Positions 12,601 through 25,684 of a stretch of 64,000 bases of DNA are shown here, piece by piece. Origin of the DNA: Octopus sinensis. Lineage: Eukaryota. Position numbers and translations under genes: made by a program. How positions within the stretch are numbered: position 1 is the first letter of the stretch; each line of letters opens with the position of its first letter. The notes below the pieces were generated by a model. That model made no database searches, was not told where the DNA came from, and saw only the letters and a list, made by a program, of their open reading frames with translations. The stretch spans positions 97,526,001 to 97,590,000 of the forward strand of contig NC_042999.1 of NCBI RefSeq assembly GCF_006345805.1, in the 5' to 3' direction.

Positions 12601-13660
12601 CGTCCTTAACGTGCTAGAGAAAATGGGTCTTAACCTCTTGGATGCACTAGTACATAAGCTAGGTTATTTCAGTTGCTAATGAAAGAACCTCAGTGAACTG
12701 ACACCAAAATAGTTGATGGGGCAGACTTAGGATAATCCAAGACATAACCATAAATATTTTTGAATTCTGTGTCTGTCATATCACACGACTACGTAGAAGT
12801 AACCAAGGCATGTCCTAGGGCAGTATTTCTCATGGGGTTGTGAGGATTGAAAAGGAGTGAGCAAATTGCATTGTCCAATAAAATTAAAATAGAATTAATG
12901 CTTTCAACTTGTCCAAAATCATGGCAAATAAAGAAAATTGAGGCAAATTCTCATTAATGTTGCGAAGGGGCAATAATGTCAACATCTGGGGTTGGATTTA
13001 TCTGAGGACTACAGTCTAGAACATATGATTTTTGAGTTCACGAGTTTAGAACTGCTGTTAGCAAATCATTGCATTTCTAGGAAGAAGTAGGATGGAGCTC
13101 TGGAAAGAAATAGAAATCCCACACTTAATGGCGAAGAAAAAGGGGTAGGGTCTCACCCCCCCCTTAGTTATTTCTATGTTCTATACGACAGAAATAACGA
13201 TTTTTTCCCCAAAACATTTTAAATTCTTTATATTTTTGCCCCCATTCGCCTTTCGTAACCTTTAACCTAAACGCCCCCAAATAGACTTTTACATTGCCTT
13301 AGTTCACTCCTCAGGAATCGACCTTTGGAAACTTTTAACCTGTTATTGATTAGTGTCGTATATAGATACTCACTTGATCACACACGAATCATTTTCTTAA
13401 CGAATAATCACACGAACTCACCTCTATCGTAGTTGTGTGGGTATATTTTCAAACGTAGGCCTGTTAACGGACTGCATTAGGAATATAACAGTTTATTGAG
13501 CGTTTGTAATTTAAGTATTCAAATTATAAATTGATATTGTTTCTATTCCATTATGTACGTGTGTGAATAAACATACATAGGCATATACATGTATGATGAT
13601 ATAGACAGACACACGCACACATACACATATATGCAGGTAATTTTTAAATACTCACACATA

Positions 13661-13695
<35 letters not shown>

Positions 13696-14460
13696 GTTTA
13701 AATATTTGTTGTGCAAGATTTTTTATGTTTTTATGTGAAGTCGTGTGTTGAAACAGATATTGTTATATTTCGGAATGGTCATTTTGCCAGTTTAGCATAT
13801 ATATATATATATATATACGCACGTTTGAAGCATCCCATGGACATGAATGTTATCAAACATGAAAATCAGTGATCCCAAACCGCTCAGGATTTATCATTTG
13901 TTGAATGTTATCAGTTATTTAAAAGGCTCCACTGTATGTGTTGCGTAAGGCATATATATTAGAGGAATATGAAATCTCTAAAACGCAGGTTTCAAAATTT
14001 GTCGTTTTTATTTTTCGTTATACAGCTGACTGTTGAACGCTGTGTTTATGATATTCCGATTTTATTTCTCTGGAAATCAATGGAAAAGTTATGTTCCTGT
14101 GATACAGTAGCGTTGATTTGAATTAGTTTCATCTATTCTGTTGCTCTTAAAAAATTTGGCGTGTCAAATTTATTTTAGTCTCATTACACACTTCAAAATA
14201 GTTTTGTAAGAGTTTTTTCCCTTAAGAACTTCGTGTTTTTATGCACACGCACACGTATATATACACATATCTACAAAAAGAAAATTAAAATTTTGAAAAA
14301 AGCAAATACGTGGTTTGTTTCAGTCTGTGTGTGCCCGCCATTAATTTCTTTTTCACATTAAATTCCAATATAATTGTGATCCATATCAACTGAAAGGTAT
14401 TTGTAGAAACTTTTATTTTAAGATAACCCTCTTTCTGAGAGTTATGAGGAAACAAAGCCG

Positions 14461-15231
14461 ACGGATCTTTTCCTTTTGAACGGCATATGTCAACACAATT
14501 TCTAGTTAACTAAACACTTTTAAACTTTGTATACTGGTAGAATGTGTTTATAAAACATAATTTTTTCTTGGCTTTATTGAGAAAATTCTATATGTCGTAA
14601 CATATTTCCACTTTAAAATCGAGTTTTCCGGCAATTTTAACCAATCAAATACGTCCATTTGGAGTCAAAACATACCGTGCTGTATGAATGAAGAAAAAAG
14701 GATACCCTTCCCCCACCCCTAACCCTAACTCTAACTAAACCTAACCCTAAAATAGATTGAAATGCAATAGATCAATACTAGGGCCATAATTATGGGTGAC
14801 AATTTCATACGACACCGCTAGAAAAAAAATCCCATTTTCCGTAGCGGTGTCGTATGAAATTGTCACCCATAATTACGGCTCTAGTATCGATCTGTTGCAT
14901 TTCAATCTATTTTAGGGTCAGGTTTAGTTAGGGGTGGGGGAAGGGTATCTTTTTTTCTTCGCAAATGTAAATAAACCCAGTCTGTTTCTTAAACGAGGAC
15001 ATATTTATACAGCACGGTATGTTTTGACTCCAAATGGACGTATTTGATTGGTTAAAATTGCCGAAAAGCTCGATTTTAAAGTGGAAATATGTTACGACAT
15101 ATAGAATTTTCTCAATAAAGCCAAGAAAAAATGATGTTTTATAAACACATTCTACTAGTATACAAAGTTTAAAAGTGTTTAGTTAACTAGAAATTGTGTT
15201 GAAAACTGCTGTTCAAAAGGAAAAGATCTGT
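14461..15231. mobile_element. ~770-bp near-perfect palindromic MITE/foldback with internal telomere-like repeats
   Basis: Arms GATCTTTTCCTTTTGAAC...ACACCGCTA and TAGCGGTGT...GTTCAAAAGGAAAAGATC, loop ~14821-14841, CCCTAA-type repeats at ~14717-14750. Confidence 0.85.
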
Positions 15232-15789
15232 GTAATTTATCAGAAACTTAACTCTACCATCCCCTTCGAAGATATGCTCACAACAAATTCGATACAATTG
15301 GAATCTACACAATTTGAAAGGCATTTGTAGAAAGTTTTTTAAAATGCTCATTTTTCTGAAATTTGATAGGGAGTTCGTTCGTGTAGCTATGTCGTGTGAG
15401 TGTGTGTAAATATATCTTTCATCTTTTTATTTTTATCTTGTTTCAGTCATTTGACTGCAGCCATACTGGAGCTCAGCCTTGAAGGGTTTTTAGTCAAACA
15501 ATTTAACCCCAGAGCTTATTTTTTTTTAAAGCTTAGTACTTATTCTATGTCTGTTTTACCAAACTGCTAAGTTATGGTGATATAAACACATCAACACCGA
15601 TTGTCAAGCAGTGATGGCGGAGACAAATAAATACACACACGTATATAAATTGAGTTAGAGGTTATGCAACCGTCTAAGGTATAAATGTATCCATAGGCAC
15701 TACTGGTGTATTACCGCACTATGTATAGGCCTTGCTATAAGGTTAACAGTAGTTGGTAATTTAAATGGTAAAACCAGATAAAATAAATA

Positions 15790-16118
15790 AAGCAAGTATA
15801 TACAGATAAGAAAAGAAATGGAGCAACAGGTAACAATTAGAAGTTGATCATTGGTATTAAAAGATCATAGTTTAATTGTTCAAGAACATTTACAGTTGTT
15901 TCAGTTTATTTCAGTTTGTTATAACAAACTGTCTTTATGGCCCCTGTACATCTTCCATAAAATTACCAAACTGCTATAACAGTTTGAAATAACAGACTGA
16001 AACAGCTGTAAATGTTCTTGAACTACAATTAAACTATGACCTTTTAATACCAGTGATCAACTTCTAACTGTTAATTGTTGCTCCATTTCTTTTCTGTATA
16101 TATAGATAAAACTTGCTT
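15790..16118. repeat. Inverted repeat (~135-bp arms), probably Penelope-like element derived
   Basis: AAGAAAAGAAATGGAGCAACA...CATTTACAGTTGTTTCAG versus CTGAAACAGCTGTAAATG...TGTTGCTCCATTTCTTTTCT. Confidence 0.7.
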
Positions 16119-16156
16119 GGAAATGGATGCATGGCGTTCAATCATACAATATAAAT

Positions 16157-17462
16157 ATCATCATCGTTTAACATCCGTTTTCCATGGTAGCGTGGGTTGG
16201 ATGGTTCGACTGGGGTCTGGGAAGCCAGGAGGCTGCACCAGGCTCCAGTCTGATCTGGCAGTGTTTCTACAGCTGGATGCCCTTCCTAACGCCTGGGTGC
16301 TTTTTACATGCCACTGCTACAGGTGCCAGGGGAGGCCGGCTGGCCACGATCGGTCGGTGCTTTGTATGTGCCACCGGCACGGAAGCCAGTCAAGGTGGCG
16401 CTGGCATTGGCCACATTCAGATAGTGCTTTTTACATGTCACCGGCACAGGTATCACAACTACAATTTCCATTTGATTTTTATTTTATGTTGATGTACTTG
16501 ACTCAATAGGTCTCCTCAAGCACAGCAGGTCACCCTACGATTCAAGGTAAGCACAGCAGGCCATCCTGCGATCCAAGGTACTTTGGATGGGCTGGGGCTG
16601 CTATGTGAAGCATATCTCCAGAGGTCTTGGTCTTTCGTCATTGTTTCTATGAGGCCCAACGTTTGAAGGTCATACTTGACCACCTCATCCCGTGTCTTCC
16701 TGGGTTTACCTCTACCCCGGATTCTTTCAACTGTTTGGGAGTGGCACTTCTTCACACATCTCTCCTCGTCCATCCGTAGTACATGACCATACCAGTGCAA
16801 ACGTCTCTCTTGCACGCCACATCCAATGCTTCTTATGTCCAGCATTTCTCTCAGGGCGCCTTCACTCTGTCGTGTGTGCACACTGACATTACACATCCAG
16901 TGGATCATGCTAGCTTCATCTCTTTCAAGCCTACGCATGTCCTCTGCAGTCACAGCCCATGTTTCAGTACTGTTAAGCATGGCAGTTCGCACACATGTGT
17001 CATACAATCTACCTTTCACTCTGAGCGAGAGACCCTTTGTCACCAGTAGGGGTAGAAGCTTTCTAAACTTTACCCAGGCTATTCGTATTCTGGTGGTGAC
17101 ACTCTCTGAGCATCCACCTCCACTACTAACTTGGTCACCTAGGTAGCGAAAACTATCAACTACTTCTAGTTTCTTCCCCTGGAGTGTGATGGAATCTGTT
17201 TTCTGAGTATCTGTGGTGTCTATTGCCCCTGTGCATCTGCCGCACATGAAAGCTATCTTTTCAGTTAATTTTCCTTTGATGTTGCTGCACCTCTTATGTG
17301 TCCATAGCTTACACTGGGTACATCTTATGGAGCTTCTGCCTACACCTTTTCTACAGATCGAGCAGGGCCACTGAGGGGATGTGTGCTGAGTTCACCTTCC
17401 TACTTACTATAACTTTGGTCTTTGCTACATTGACTCTAAGGCCTTTTGATTCTAAACCTAGA
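16157..17462 (-). mobile_element. RTE-BovB-like LINE, 3' portion with (GAT)n tail
   Basis: ORF 16516-17247 (LEVVDSFRYLG, ETWA, RRLHWYGHVLRM, RGRGKPRK). LRVNVAKTKV and a Cys-rich segment upstream. Tail GTTAAACGATGATGA. Confidence 0.9.
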
Positions 17463-20400
17463 TATATATATATGCATATATACATACATATGTGTACATA
17501 CATATATATGTATATACATATGCATATATGGGTACAGGACATCGCAGAATGTAAACAACTTGAAATACGAAAACATGGAATACGAACATTATTTTGCAAA
17601 AAAGGAAAGAAACAAATGGGAAAAAAAGACAAGCAACATTAAAAAACGACCCTCCATCAGTTGTCGGCTGTTTTTCTACTTCATATTTCAAGCAATTCAT
17701 GACAAGATACATCTTCGACAAAACAGTTGCTCCAGCAAAGCAAATTAAATAAAATTTGGGATTTTAATCGAGGCTATAGTAGAAAACACTTGCCCACAGA
17801 GCCACACAGTGGGACTAAACCTTTGAGAAGCTAACTTCACAGCCATGCCTATATATATATATGTCATAATTTACAAACATTTAAGAGAAAGTGGAAGAAA
17901 TCTTTTTTGGAATTCAATCTTGTACATATAAAACTATTAAGAATAGCTTGTAAATATTGGGTTGAAAAACTCTTATGATAAGTAAACATGACAAGAATAA
18001 AACCATTGTAAGCGTTTCATATATAGAAGAGATGTGGATTCAACTCAACAGAGATAAAAGCTCTCTGAACGTTCTCCATATTATTCTAGCAATTACACTT
18101 TCTGTACAACCTCTTCCACTGCTAATTAGGTCACCTAGGTAACAAAAATTATCTACAACTTCCAGAAAGCCACTAGTACATTTGGGGAAATCAGTTTCCC
18201 AGATATCTGTGGTCTTTATAACCCCTTTACATCTTCCATAAAATTTCCAAAGTGGAAAAAATTCCTACTCATTTTGAGCATGCACAAACAGTGAAACAAA
18301 GAGACTTTTAATCAAAGGCATTCTATTTGTGGTTTACTCATTTTTTTTTTTTTTTTTGGTAGCAATTGTAATATGTTGAAAAATAAACGCTGGGTCTTAG
18401 TTACGGTAATGTATGTTTTTCAAAATTTTTATGGATTAATTTTAACAAAATTTATATAATGAAGAGGAATGTAGTTATTTTTGAGCACATTGGGTGATAG
18501 TATATACACATGCACATGGGTCTGTCATTATTGTCTAGTCCCAGACTAGCTCTGATCCAGCATAGTGCATTCCATTCTACTTAATCCAGTGTGTCTTTAA
18601 AAACAAAAGACAGGTTATAAGATGAGGATGATTTGGTTTAAAGACAAGATGGTCATGTTTGGAACATAGGACAAGCATGGTACAATGTTCTTATAAAAGA
18701 CTGGATGGGTGGAACTGTAATACTTTATAAAAGACTGGTTGGTGATAGTTGGAACACTTTTTAAAAGTTCATTGAAGAAGCCAATGAAAGAGCTTGTATG
18801 TGGCCATTCGACTTGCTAGAAGTAGTAACCAAATCACCTTTGAATCATGCCCTGTTGTCTTAAAATTGGTATCATTGTCCTAGTTACATAAAAAAATGAG
18901 GCTGATGTTCATTGCTATATTTGTCACACTAAGCATTTGCATAGCTGCTAGGCCTTACAGAAATAGCAGCTAACTCTGACTCTCTCTCAAATTACATCCT
19001 ACTAACTTCAAAAAAAGATACATTGGATAACATAGTTTTTTAGATGTGTCAAATTTGAATAAAATATGGAATAGCCATAACTAATGTCTTGTTTCTTAGT
19101 CTTCTGGATGTAGGCTGACCTGGGGTTGAGCGACAATTAAATGCATCAATCTTCGAACTCTGTTAATCCCTGATAAACTAGAGAAGCATAGTAAAAAAGG
19201 GCATTAGTATTCAATATATGACAGGAAATGGAATAGTCAAAGCAGAGACACTTTTCACCATAAGTCTACTCAGTTAGGACTGACATGAGACTAAACTATA
19301 TCATACTTCAATAAACTTATCACTACATACATGGATGCATGACCTGAAAACACTATTCATTTTAAAATGATGGTCACAGTTGGAAAGCTTTTGATTATAA
19401 GTTTGCTCAGTCATAGTTGATCTAGGCCTAAACAGTATAATTAATTCAAAGTTAATTTCTATTTTCTTCGCAAAGCACATTATGCACTTCACTTCCAATT
19501 GAGGAGTCATTTTGTTTAAAATATACTGCTTATTTGTCCAAAGGTAAACCTTGATTGAGGCGACCTATGATCAAAAGTATTCCAATGTATCTTGTTTGAG
19601 ACAGTAGTAGAATGTGTGATTTGAGGGGCATTTGACTGCAACTTTTAGCTGATTGAATGACTTAGACGTGAATGGAATGAGAGAAAAAGTCACTATTTTG
19701 GCTAAGAAAATATCCTTTCATTTAAATATTATAATGATAGTTATTAAATCAATTCATTTAACTGTAAATACATGATTTGCACACAATAGTACAGTTTAAT
19801 GATATTACAGATATGTGAAAAAAAATCTTGTTTTTTCCAATATCTGAAAAGAAACACTGAAACAAGAAAAAAACCCATTAAATCAGAGGCTTTGTTATTG
19901 AGTCATTAAATATAAATAGTTACTGCAATGTCAACAGTTACTTGAGTTAACTTCCAATATCGATAATTACAACTTCTAATATAGACAGTTACTGTTGTGC
20001 TACAATTTATACATAAAGTAGAAATTGTAGCAAGTGTTCAGTAGTTATGTCAGTTTTAATTCTGTAGGAATGACAGTTTACTTCACTTTCTTATAGGAGA
20101 AAGACTAACTCTGCTGGCCAAATCTAGAAAGCTAGACTATTTCCTTATTTATAGTTGGTGAGTGAATGTAATCTGCTCTAGAGACAGGACAGAACATCTT
20201 CAGTATTTTGAAACTAAAGATTTCATGAGATGGTAATACCTTTTTCACCTAACCACACTTTGTCAAAATTATTTTAGGTTTAAAAATGTAGTGTTACTTC
20301 TTAAAAACCTGGGGTGGATGTTTTAAATAAGGTTTTGTCAATAAAATAATATGGAAACACTGTTAGATCAAAATGAGGTTCCAAAATAGTGGCAGTGTGT

Positions 20401-20479
20401 TGGAGTATATAATTATGCTCTTGCTATGGTTATGTGCTTTTTCGTTTTACCAGTGGTTAAAATATTGTCCAGGTTGGTA

Positions 20480-21476
20480 TCCATGCTAGCTTTGTTCTCA
20501 GGCCATAGCTAAAGAATTTATAGATTAGCCATCTCAGAGCTATATGCTGATGGCCTACTTGTCAGAGATGAATCTGCTAAAGAAAAAAGGAGAAAATAGA
20601 CTCCCTCAAATGTTGAAGGGGATCTTCTGTTACTGAGATGACCAAGTATTTGGTGAAGGTTGTTCCAAAAGCATAGCTGTTAGAATAAGAACAGGCTGGG
20701 CAAAGTTTATAGAGCTGCTACCTCTGTTAGCAACAAAAGTCCTCTCCTTCAGAGTGAGAGGCAGATTGTATGATGCCTGTGTACAAACAACTATGCTACA
20801 TCACAGTGAGACATGGATTGTGACTACTGAGGACATGCAAAGGCGTGAAAGAAATGAAACCAGTATGCTCTGCTGGATGAATGTCAGTGTAAGTGATTTG
20901 AGAATAAAACTGGACATAAGAGACATCAGATGTAGTGTGCAAGGGAGAAGACTGCTTGTGTGGTCATGTGATGTGTATGGATGAGGACAGCTGCATCAAA
21001 AAGATCTCTAATTGTGGAGGGAACATGTGAAAGGAATCCACCCAGGAAGACCTGGGATGAAGCAGTGAAAAAAATCTGCAGACATTAGGCCTCACGGAGA
21101 TGACAAATGACTGAGACTGCTGGCAGTTTGCTGTGCTTTGAAGAGACACATCAAGCTAAGTAAAATCATGGTTGTCCTTGCATACAGGCAGGTTTCCTAC
21201 ATTCCTCTTCAGCTGAGCAACACTAATCTTGCGCGCTTGTGGGTTCTGATGCCCCACATAAAGCACCCATGCTAGTGCCACAAAAAAGTGCCCATGCTGG
21301 TGCTGTGTAAAAGCACCCAGTACACTCTGGAAAGTAGTTGGCATTAGGAAGGGCATCCAGCCATAGAAACCATGCCAAAACAGACATGGAAACCAGGCAG
21401 CTCTTCAGCTGACCAGCTCTTGTCAGACTGTCCAGTCCATACCAGCATGGAAAACTGACGTTAAATGATGATGAAG
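20480..21476 (+). mobile_element. RTE-BovB-like LINE fragment
   Basis: ELYAD, RGRLYDACVQTTML..SETW and the 3' UTR TGGCATTAGGAAGGGCATCCAG ending GACGTTAAATGATGATGA. Confidence 0.8.
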
Positions 21477-21929
21477 TGTCCATGCTCAATTTGCAGGGAA
21501 GTAGTTAGGAATACCTTGCAGTGTTTTTGACAATAGAAGCTATGGATGCACAAGATGCAGTGAGGTTACAGGCAGACTGATAGAGAATAAAGACTTCCTA
21601 TTTTAGATATACGCAGGAGTGGATTGACTACAAAATCTTTCAAATGTTTTGTGGGTTACCTAGAAATAGTTGATTGTTTTTGTTACTAGATTACCTAACA
21701 AAGCAGTGGAGGAGGGTGATTCAAAAGCATACTATAATAAGACTAGGATGGAAAATGTTCATGTAGCTGTTGCCTCTGCTAGCAAGAATGGGATTCTGTC
21801 TGTGTGTGGAGGGCAGATTGTATGAATCTGTGTAAAGAAGTGCAACATTTCATGGTAGTGAAACAAGGGTCTTGAAGCTCAAAGGCATATTTTCAAGAAC
21901 TGCACCCAATATTACATTATCTAGTATGT

Positions 21930-22255
21930 GGAGGTGCATGACTCTGGTTAGAGCGTCGAGCTTACAATCGTGAGGTTGTGAGTTTGATTCCCGAACCGGG
22001 CTGCGTGTTGTCTTCTTGAGCAAGACACTTTATTTCATGTTGCTCCAGTTAAATCAGCTGTAGAAATGAGTTGCGACATCACTGGTGCCAAGCTGTATTG
22101 GCCTTTGCCGTTCCTTTGGATAACATCAGTGGTGTGGAGAGGGGAGGCTGGTATGCATGGGTGGCCTTCCATAAACAACCTTGCCTGGACTTGTGTCTCA
22201 GAGGGTAACTTTCTAGGTGCAATTCCATGGTCATTCATGACTGAAGGGGGTTTCC
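21930..22255 (+). mobile_element. tRNA-derived SINE (CORE/Meta-like central domain)
   Basis: TGGTTAGAGCG A-box, GAGTTTGATTCC B-box, CTTGAGCAAGACACTT core. A related copy lies on the minus strand at 43470-43710. Confidence 0.75.
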
Positions 22256-23249
22256 TCAGTATGTCTTAAGAAGGTGATGTTTAAGAAATTTATCCATACC
22301 AATGTCAAGAGACATTATAGTTATACAGTTTCAATAAGAAACTTTCTTTTTAAGTTGTTTTCTTGTGTGATTAAAATGTTTTGCCATCTACTTATCATGT
22401 AATGCTGACCAAATTATTTAGGAGGTAACTGAGAATGTTATCATAATCATTTTAACGTTTACTTTGCATGAGTCAGAAGGAATTTGTTGAAGTAGATTTT
22501 CCTGTGGCCGGATGCCAACCTTCACTTGTTTCTAAGCAAGATAATATTTCCTTATGGCCAGACATGTTTTCACAGAAGATTGGAAATGGATATTGCTTGC
22601 ATGACAGTGGCACTCGTAGCTATCGTGGGAAGTCAAGGCAAAGAAGCTGTAACATTCTCTCCCTCTCTTCCTCACACACACATAATATGACAAAATTGTT
22701 TCTCTTTATGTCTAGCAAACACACTCACAAAGTTTTGGTCAGCTTGGGGCTATAGTAGACACTTGCTCACAGTGTCATGCGATGGGACTGAACCATGTGG
22801 TTGGAAAGTAAATTTCTTCACACATAGTCACATTTACAGCTGTCAAATGTAATGTTAAATTTAAAAGAATGATAATATAAAAAAAGAGGGGGCTCTTAAT
22901 TAGAAAGTGAAGCACAGAAAATTTATAGTTTAGATCAGGAGAATAATTTTTATTCACAGTCAATGACTTTATGCAGGGAACTAATTGTTGCACTAGTTTT
23001 TTATAGAATTAAAAAAATTGTTACCTTTTAAGACCAGTTTTCCAATTTGAGGATATTTTAATATGTTGCTTCCTTCAGTTGCAACCCATGAATAATTGCT
23101 CTTCTGTTTCTTAACCATTCTCCAAGGCCCAGAATGTCATAGGGACTGGCTTTCCTTCTCTGTTTATTTGTTTATTTTTCTCATCTTATAAACATCTAAG
23201 TCTGTTTAAGAATGCTGTATTGTTTTTTTCTGTTTTGTTAACTTTCCAG

Positions 23250-23332
23250 CCACTGAAGCACACGATGATGATGGACTACCACATACACTGGAACATCTTG
23301 TATTTCTTGGAAGTGAAGAATACCCTTACAAG
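23250..23332 (+). CDS. M16 peptidase exon 2 (HxxEH zinc site)
   Basis: TTCCAG|CC...AAG|GTAAAA. ATEAHDDDGLPHTLEHLVFLGSEEYPYK. Confidence 0.97.
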
Positions 23333-25055
23333 GTAAAAATATGAAGCTTTTTATTTGTCCATGTAAGAAATTTTCCAAAGTATTTCAAATTGATTCAGTT
23401 TAAATGATCTGAAGAACTATTAAATAACTACATCTGAGTGTCATATCCATATCTCTAATTTACAGCTTACCTTTTCTGCTCTTCTGTGAAAACAAGTGAG
23501 AAACAATGGTTGTATGGTAAATGTAATGGACTGCTTGTTCTTAAAACTAAATTTATCTGTCTATATATATAAAACAAACTGTCCGTGTGTGTGCGCAAGA
23601 GCTTCTGAAACAAGTCCCCAGCAAAAACGTCACTGAGCCACTAATGTCGCGTGCATTTCAGCCACACGTGCTGAGGAGAGTGAGGAACAGTGCCATAGAC
23701 ATTGGACAACAGATGCTGCAAACACTGCTGCTGCTTGATCTTTCCGAATGTTACAAGACCGTGATAATCACCTTCAGAGTGATGCCAGACAGCGAGCTCT
23801 TAGGAAAGGTGTTTCTAAACTGTTGGCCTCACAATGGGCCTTAAAAGCATTCCACAAGTGTATGGTTCTAATCTGCACTGGGCTGAGGAGTAAGGTGTTG
23901 AAATCAGAAGAGCATTGCACGAACACAGTAGCCAAGGTAGAGCTCAAAACATTTTCTTGAGTGTAAGGCCTCATCTTTCCACTGTTGAATGGTAATTTAT
24001 TAAGACCCTTGCAACACTGGGTACTACTGCTAGTAATTAATAAAACAGGCTCCTGTCTCTTTTTCCTTCTTCAGCATAAAGCAATAAGAAAGCATTCAGT
24101 TGTAAAAATAATTGCTGTAACAAAAATACCTCATCCATTTTGTTCTTTTACTAGTTTCGTTATTGGACTGCAGTCATGCTGTCAATGGCGATGTGCTCTG
24201 CTTAAGAGGACTTAGCAGTTTGGCTGGTTCTTATTTTACTAATGTAAGGAGGCCATAAATGAGATTTCAAAAAAGAATATAAAAGGACATAACCAAATAC
24301 CACAGGAGTTTTCTGATTTTGCCAAACTACTACTTGAAAAAATGAAAAAAATTAAAAAAAAAACACATTGTTAAGAATAAAGAATTGTCATAATCACCAA
24401 TTTGCTTTTCATTGTATGTGACTCTTAGAATTTTATGTTAAAATAAAAAGGTACTAAGTAGAATAAAGAACTTTACAATATCCAAAATTTTACATTTTAT
24501 TAATCTCAGTTTAACTCCATCTGAGGTTCAAGATCTCTATAAGTTACCTTACTGAATGTCAGCACAAATTAGTGGTTAAGAAATTTGCTTCACATTCATA
24601 AGGTCCTGAGTTCTGTCTCACAAGTGACTAATACCATAGCATTGGGTTGACCCAAGCCTTGTGAGTGAAAATAGGTAAATGGAAAGTGTGTGGAAGCCCA
24701 TTAAATGGATTGTACCTTTGAAAGGTCCAGCATTGTCTCATAGTCCATACTGATTCAGCTAGAGAATACACAACCATTTACACATTGATTTGACAAAGAG
24801 GCAGTTGATCGAACTGAATTATCATTGATGAAACCAACAGAGGATCCCTCATGCCATCAGGTTTATTAAAATAACAATAACTTCATAAATTTGTATAGTA
24901 AATTTTCTTTGAAGAGATTCTTAGTAATCTGTTAACAGAAGTTCTTCTCTGATGATTTCAGATATTTGTGTGTATTATTCAAGTACATGCCACTGCCCTC
25001 TCTGAGTCATATCTATTAGCTCATTTCCTTCAATTTATATATACATACATACATA

Positions 25056-25105
<50 letters not shown>

Positions 25106-25160
25106 TATATATATATATATGCACAAATATATATATATATCATCATCATCGTATAACGGC

Positions 25161-25460
25161 GGCTGCCTCCGATAGAGAGAGGAGCGGCCGTTTTGCCCCT
25201 TCCGAGTTCAAGAGTAGATCGAGGCCATCAACGGCCCTGGGGCCTCCAGTTGTTCGCTTTACCAGATGGAATTGCATGTCGTTCTCCCGCTGGCGCCAGC
25301 TATCCTGAGGGAAACTTCAGAGGGAACCAGCTGCTAGACGGTTTGATTGGTCTTTCGCCCCTACACCCAGTTCCGACGATCGATTTGCACGTCAGAGGCG
25401 CTTCGGACTTCCAGCAGAGTTTCCTCTGGCTTCGTCCCGACCGGGCGTGGATCACCTTCC
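25161..25460 (-). pseudogene. 28S rRNA fragment (dispersed copy)
   Basis: Minus strand contains conserved LSU core sequence CTGACGTGCAAATCGATCGTC..GGGTGTAGGGGCGAAAGACCAATCAAACCGTCTAGCAGCTGGTTCCCTCTGAAGTTTCCCTCAGGATAGCTGG. Only ~300 bp with no other rDNA around it. Confidence 0.9.
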
Positions 25461-25684
25461 CTCCTCTCTTTTAGGAGGCACAAGCACTTTCATACACATG
25501 TACACACATGACAAGAACTTCCGCCAACTAAATTCAATCACGAAGCTTCATAATATATATATATATATATATATACATACACACACACAAACACATGTGC
25601 ACACACAAATTTTCTTTCCTCTCCTTCAATAAAATAGTATGATCTATCTTTTTTATGTATTATTTCACTTCTGTTATTTTTCAG

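Noticed and set aside
14717-14750. True or interstitial telomere from a chromosome fusion
   Set aside because: Only a few degenerate hexamers, mirrored in both arms of a foldback element.
17630-17705. Minus-strand CAACTGATGGAGGG hammerhead-like motif in a microsatellite-flanked repeat
   Set aside because: The core is mutated (CTGATGG) and no downstream GAAA is in the right position.
21930-22010. tRNA genes here and at 3551 and 43640-43710
   Set aside because: A/B boxes run directly into SINE bodies and no convincing cloverleaf forms.
25161-25460. Functional rRNA gene, or ORF 25193-25474 as a protein
   Set aside because: It is only a ~300-bp LSU fragment without 18S, 5.8S or ITS. The ORF is an antisense-rRNA artefact.
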